Below, in pieces: positions 43,187-64,000 of a stretch of DNA of 64,000 nt. This DNA comes from Chrysomallon squamiferum (taxonomy: Eukaryota > Animalia > Mollusca). The notes below the pieces were generated by a model. It was not told the origin of the DNA and ran no database searches. It saw only the letters and a program-made list of their open reading frames with translations. Each line of letters opens with the position of its first letter. Positions within the stretch are counted from its first letter, which is position 1. Position numbers and translations under genes: made by a program. The stretch is taken from contig CM022672.1 in the NCBI GenBank assembly GCA_012295275.1, positions 8,184,001 through 8,248,000 on the forward strand, written 5' to 3'.

Positions 43187-44243
43187 TACACTGAAGAAAA
43201 AGCTATTTTGTTTTTCTGTTTTATTCATTTTTTTGTCTTCCATTTTTTTTTACTTTCCTATCTGGTTTACATAAGTAACGTTTCGTTGCCTTGTGCGTGT
43301 GCGTGTGCGTGTATAGACCTATATTTACGACTTTGTATTCCAGTTTGGCTGTGTATTTTTAAATATCTGCCTATGTTTTTTTTTTCAAATATTGTGCATG
43401 AATATTACATTTGCTTTAAGGAGTCTTATATTCATATTTATGTGCTTTTGTATGTATGTGCGTGCATGTCTGTATTTGTACGTATGCATGTATGTACATT
43501 TGTGAGTCTGAATTGTCACGAAAACCTTCTGGAAAATATATAAAAAAATTATTATTTTATTAATGTATATCATACAATGATAAAATGACTACTTCGTTGC
43601 ACTGGTCAGTTTTTTGCTGTACTGTTACTGAAAACAAACAAGCTGACTAATCATGCAATGTGTACTTACTGACAAACAGTTGCCTTTCTCTTACAGAATA
43701 ATGTGCTCTCTCATTTTCACAATCTAATGTACAATGTTTTTAATCCAGTACGTTAGTCAGGACTGAAAGGCGACCCTAGAGCCAACTCGCTTGAATTATA
43801 TGATATATTCAGTGACATCGCTAGTGGTCATAGTAGTACCAGAAGAAGTCATAGTAGTAGTAATAATAGTAGTAATAGAAGTAATAGTAGTACTATTAGA
43901 AGTGAGAATAGTAAAAGTAATAGTAACAGTAGTAGTAATAGTAGCAGTAACTGTAGTAGTAGCAGTAACAACACTAGTTATAGTAATAGTAACAGCAGCT
44001 GCAAAAGTAGCACCTGTTATATTAACAGCGAAAGTAGTTGTTGCTGGTGTTGTGATGTTCTGGTGTTGCTGGTGGTATTAGTGCAATAGTTATTGCAGGA
44101 ATAGTACATGTAGGGTTGAAAGTAATTTCAATAGCAGCAGCTGAAGTAGCAATAATAAAGTACTTTTAATCGTTTTTATTATCATTATTAGTAGTAGTAG
44201 TAGTACTGCTACAACTACTACTGTTATTCGTCTTGACATTCAC

Positions 44244-44280
<37 letters not shown>

Positions 44281-45282
44281 ACATAATTATTTTTTTTTTT
44301 AATTATTTAAAGATGTATCTATAAGAAGACTAATTGCAAAACGCTTAAAGGGAAAAAAAGAAAAAAACTTATTTTTATTTTTAAAGAATGACAAATGAAT
44401 TTTCAGGCCATGGTTACTTCCCTTTGTCAACTCCGTCTGAGAAGTTGATGAACGTCACACTAAGTGTGTCTGTGGAGTAATCCAGACAGCAAAACAGATC
44501 AGAAGCAGACACTAAGACTAATCACTGAAGACACTTTGTAAATCCGCGGTAATGAAACAGTACAAGACTACATAATGGTCGACAAAACGCAAAGCCGATG
44601 CAGTAATGGAACACAAACGCTGATAAATTATCACTTGACTTTATCATTTGATTACGACTTCGTTACGTTTTTACAAGATTTCTTAAAGGCAGTAATAGTC
44701 TCGCCTGTCAGCTGGCGTTTTAGTAAATTGTAATAAATTGATTTTGAAACATTTAAAAGTCCTGAAGTTATAATGAAGATATTTAGGTAAGCCATTTTGA
44801 CTTCCGCCTCGTTTTGCTTTAAAAAGAAAAAGAAAAAGGACGTCAAGGAAAGATAACTCGAGTTTTTTTTTTTGGGGTTAACGTGATTTCATTTTTGTCA
44901 AATAACTGAATGTTTGTGTGTATGAGTGTGCATATGTGTCTGTATACATACGTGTGTGTTTATCATTACAACTATTATAGATTTAGCTCGGGTAAATTAT
45001 ATTCTAATTAGCTTTATCATTCAATCTAAAAGTTTATTTGGTGCAAGAAATAAAAATGAAAGGAAGAACAAAATAAAATATTAATTTTCTGATTGATGAT
45101 ATGCAGTGAACCGTGGAATGCCTGGTACATGGAACGTTTACAGTCAGCTGCTCGGTCGAATACTTAGGGTTATTTTAAAAAATCAAATATTCCTCGTGTA
45201 AAATATGTGAGCGTTTTTAAATGTTTCTTTATTTTAATTTTATATATTCTTGTTGTTGTTGTTGTTGTTGTTTTTCTTATTC

Positions 45283-45314
<32 letters not shown>

Positions 45315-45672
45315 TTTTTTTTTTTTTTTTTTTTTAATTTACGATTATTATTATTATTGTTTTTGGAGAGTTTTTTTCCCTATTTGGGTTTTTTTCATGA
45401 TGGTCTGTTCCATATTTATGATTCTTTACGTTTATTGTTAGTGTGTTATTACTACTAAAAGTCAAAGTGAATCTAGGAAATTTGATATTTCTTTGGTGAT
45501 CGCAGAGATATGAAAACATATTCTCGGCGTCATCGATAAAATCGATAATCAGAAACATCGAATCAGAAATAACTGACGTTAAAACCCAAGAAGAACGGTT
45601 ATAAATATTTTACCTCATTATCATAATGAAATTATTAGGACATGACTCTCAGTATTAAGATATAAAGTTTAT

Positions 45673-45707
<35 letters not shown>

Positions 45708-46691
45708 CTGCGATGATATAAACTGCGATGATATCAGAAATATGAGTACAGCCAATAACGTGACATGACGAGATTTTAATCGGCGTCGTTATGTTTATCT
45801 CTGGTCTCGCTCCGGTGACGTAGTATCCGCTCAGTCTGGCGCCATCTTTAACGATGATGGAACGCGTGTTCGCTATTAATGACTTAAACTGCAATTTGTT
45901 GTTATTATTTCAAAGTTACGAGACGATACGCTAAATGCTGGACAATTCGTCTGGTTTTAAAACTATATAAATATATTTATTACCGAAAAAAAAAAAAAAA
46001 AAAAAAAAAACGTTAAAAAGTCGCATTGTTATTTGATGGTTGGAGTAGACACGAAATTGATCAGTGGATCACTCTTGTTGATGTTTTTACTGTTCCAGCC
46101 GGTGCCCTGAATCTGCATTTTTACGTGACTACTTCTGAACAACAAGTCTCGCTTTCGACTTTTTAATGGGTTTTTTTTTTTATGGGTTTTATAAATATAC
46201 TTTTGTCTGTTACAGTATTAAAAACATTTTGCCTCACTTTAAACTGAATATATTATTTGATCAATTATTTCATCTCTACTCGACTGGTTACAGTCCTCGA
46301 CTGCAGATCGAAATGATGACTTCAAATCTGGTTGGCAGATGGTTGGGTACTCACACCACCATGTGGTCGAATTTTTGACAATTTCTATAGCCACGCCCTG
46401 CATGCCCTTTCCAGCCCGCAATGGCCGGAGTGTAAGGGTAGAAACAAAACCAGCATGCGAAGTATCACAAAGCCAAGATCCCAGTCTCCAGCTGCTTCCA
46501 AGAAGACTGATTCCCTGCTGAGCTGCCGATAAAACGAGGATAACATTGCTAACGAGAGTCACATGTAATGTAAGAATATTACAGTGAAATACTGCAGCTG
46601 TATGTTTATAATTATGATGATCAATTCTTATCTATATACAGTATATAATGTGAACATATTACAGCAAAACACTGCAATTGCATAATGAATA

Positions 46692-46727
<36 letters not shown>

Positions 46728-46950
46728 GAATAAATAAATAAATATAAATAAATAAATAAAACGAAATAACGAAATTTGGTTCCTCCAATTAACACTTTTT
46801 TCTACACAAAATACCGTCAGTCGAGACGAAAAATACGAGGTTAACGATTACTCAGTCTTTAATGATTTTTCGCTTGTCTCTTAACTTGGTCTTAGTCTTG
46901 GTCTTTTAAATCTATATATCTATCTATTTATCTATCTGTCTATCTATCTA

Positions 46951-46986
<36 letters not shown>

Positions 46987-47089
46987 AATGTCTGTCAGTC
47001 TGTCTGTCTGTCTGTCTATTTATTTATTTATTTAAATATCTCTATTTATCTATCTATTTATCTATCAATTTATTTATTTATTTATCTAT

Positions 47090-47144
<55 letters not shown>

Positions 47145-47759
47145 GATTTGTTTTGTTTTGTTTTGTAACGTTCTTGGAGCATGGTTGCATTCTTTAGTGT
47201 CCTAAAATTTGATACCAATCGTACAAACCCCATAACATTGATATAATTATTTTTATATAAAGAAGGATTAGAAAAAGAAAGGACAAATTAAAGAATGGAC
47301 AAAAAAGAAAGAAGATATAAGAAGGAAACAAGAATCTATAAAAAAAAAAAAAAAAAAAAAAAACAACCTAATAATAATAAAATAAAAGGAAGACTTCAAA
47401 TAATGATAAAAATAAGCAAACTATTGTTTATCTGTGTTGTCAGTACATCAAATAACCTACGATAGTGATAATTTGTACAAACAAAATAACCTAATCATGT
47501 CTAACAGTGTCGTGCTGTTGAGACAAACATCATGGTGAGAGTATTTTTTGTTAAATATTAAGTTTAAAACGTGGCATGGGTGTATCGAGTGAGAGTCGAC
47601 ATCACAGACAGGACTTTTAGCTTAACGAATCTATTGTAAGTGTTCAGTGGATAGATCGCTCGCTTGATGCATGGTATATTTTAACTAAGATGTCATTTTG
47701 AACATTACCTTTCCTTTTTGTATTTCATCTTTTTCTTCTTCTTCTTCTTCTTCTTCTTC

Positions 47760-47794
<35 letters not shown>

Positions 47795-47804
47795 GTTATT
47801 GTTA

Positions 47805-47857
<53 letters not shown>

Positions 47858-48247
47858 TCATGTTCAAGAACTGCTCCTGAGTTTATCAGATGTCTGCTGT
47901 ATGAGGAGAGGTAGGTAACAGATACCTCACTTTTGGGGATTGAAGAATTTTCATATAAAACAGTATTTGTTATTGGATTAATTTCCTGTTATATATATAT
48001 ATATATATAATATATTTTAACACTGCAAAATTTGTTTGCGAAACATATTGAAAAGAAAATTTTGCACGAGTGTAGGAACATCAATATCTTTTAGTGTCAG
48101 AAATAGGAAAGAAAAAAACCAAATATTTCTGTAATGATAATATCACAGAGAAAACAACCTCTCGCTATTTCATAGGTTACTTTGATAGATCAAAAGCAAA
48201 GAATGTTAAATGTATCTTCTGATGCACCTAACAGCTCAGACGTTGAC

Positions 48248-48307
<60 letters not shown>

Positions 48308-49112
48308 TAATACTACTAATAATAATAATAGCAACAATAATTAAAAAAAAAATCTTATACACTTTAAGAAAACAGAAAAACATTCACGATCTCACCTAGA
48401 ATGGTGCATCTAGCAACACAATAAGTCATGCGATATGGACAAATCATTACTTATTTTATAATTTTATAACAAATATGTGAATTAATTGAAGAAGAAGAAG
48501 AAGAAGAAGAAGAAGAAGAAGAAGGAGAAGAAGAAGAAGAAGAAGAGTTAATTTTAAAAAAAAGACACAAAACATAAGTAGACTGTCATCCAAGTTAATA
48601 TTACCATACACAAAGCGAGCGATCTGACCACCGAGCCCTCACAACCAGGTCAGTTATTAAATAGCTGATACACACGTAGAAGAAACTATAAAAAGAAAGA
48701 GTGACCTGCACGGCAGACAATTGGTAACAAAAACTTTATTAAATAATTTGTAACGTCAGTCCACAGAGAACGGAGAATGTGGAAACCGCACATACAGGAA
48801 GTAATTAGGGAATATATTCATCAAAGAAAATCGAATTTCCGTATTAACTATTTACAACAGCTGAATACCTATTTCCCGTTCCGCCCACTGGCTTTTTAAA
48901 AGACAAAACGTTTTTCCTGCCTTTTGGAAAATGCATATCGTCTCTGCTAATCGATGAAAGTATTCTACATGTCTGAAACCTCGGATTTCTTCTGTTAAAC
49001 CAAAAACAATGTTGTCATCGTTAATACCAAATATGCGGAGATATCATTTAAAACTGTTATTATTATTATTATTAGTAGTAGTAGTAGTAGTAGTGGTTGT
49101 AGCAGTAGTAGC

Positions 49113-49182
<70 letters not shown>

Positions 49183-49564
49183 TTTTTTTAATTATTACAA
49201 CTACTACTGTCATTATTACCATCATCATAATCATGATTGTCATTGTTATTATTAGTAGTAGTGGTAGTAGTAGTAGTAGTAGGTCTACTACTTCTACAAC
49301 TGTCACCGTCATCATCATCATCATCATATCATCATCATTTTCTTCATCACAGACGTGTTTACAGAGTACAAAGCGACTGGTCAATAGCAGCGGCCCTGTG
49401 TTATTGTTCCGTAACGTGTTTGTGCGCGGTGTTATTGATTCAGGTATCACACTGCATCACACATCAGTCAGTATTAAATTACCTCTCTTGTTCGGGTACA
49501 TCTGCTTGCAAACCACAGAGCTGGTGGTAGCAGCAAACGTCATCATCGTCCAGCCGGTCGCAAC

Positions 49565-63798
<14,234 letters not shown>

Positions 63799-63826
63799 TG
63801 GGTGGTGGTTATACACAGCGACTTGA

Positions 63827-63832
63827 AATAAA
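63827..63832 (+). terminator. Candidate polyadenylation signal AATAAA for IR25a (second copy near 63854)
   Basis: AATAAA shortly after the stop, followed by a T/GT-rich stretch; the hexamer is common in this AT-rich DNA. Confidence 0.3.
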
Positions 63833-64000
63833 ATAACAAAACTGCAGAGTAGAAATAAACACCACAGACTGAGTAACAACTCAAAGACTTTTACTTGACT
63901 TGTCTGTTGTTTACCATGATCTCGCAGTGTTAAGCTTTATCTATCTACCTGGCTATCTACCTATCTATCTACCTATCTATCTACCAAGCTATTTATATAC

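Overview
This is AT-rich, microsatellite-dense animal genomic DNA. A lophotrochozoan, probably a gastropod mollusc, is my inference from gene and repeat style. Two neuronal genes sit head-to-head about 45 kb apart. (1) On the minus strand is a D1-like/DOP1-type dopamine receptor with an intronless 387-aa CDS (3051-4214); its 5'UTR exons are unresolved. (2) On the plus strand is a complete 15-exon ionotropic co-receptor IR25a gene (49565-63798). I assembled it by hand: all introns are GT-AG, phases are consistent, and the CDS is 2787 nt (928 aa). Nearly all other listed ORFs are microsatellite artefacts. The most unusual signal is that three IR25a acceptors (exons 3, 8, 14) lie in tandem duplications of their own intron/exon junction, including a 10-copy 30-bp array. 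Every upstream decoy acceptor leads to an in-frame stop. Other signals are a ~35-copy antisense array of 5' splice-site consensus in IR25a intron 1, a candidate recursive-splice/microexon site and a uORF-toggling alternative acceptor in the dopamine receptor 5' region, an RFX X-box in IR25a intron 1, and apparent loss of the IR25a CREL N-glycosylation sequon.
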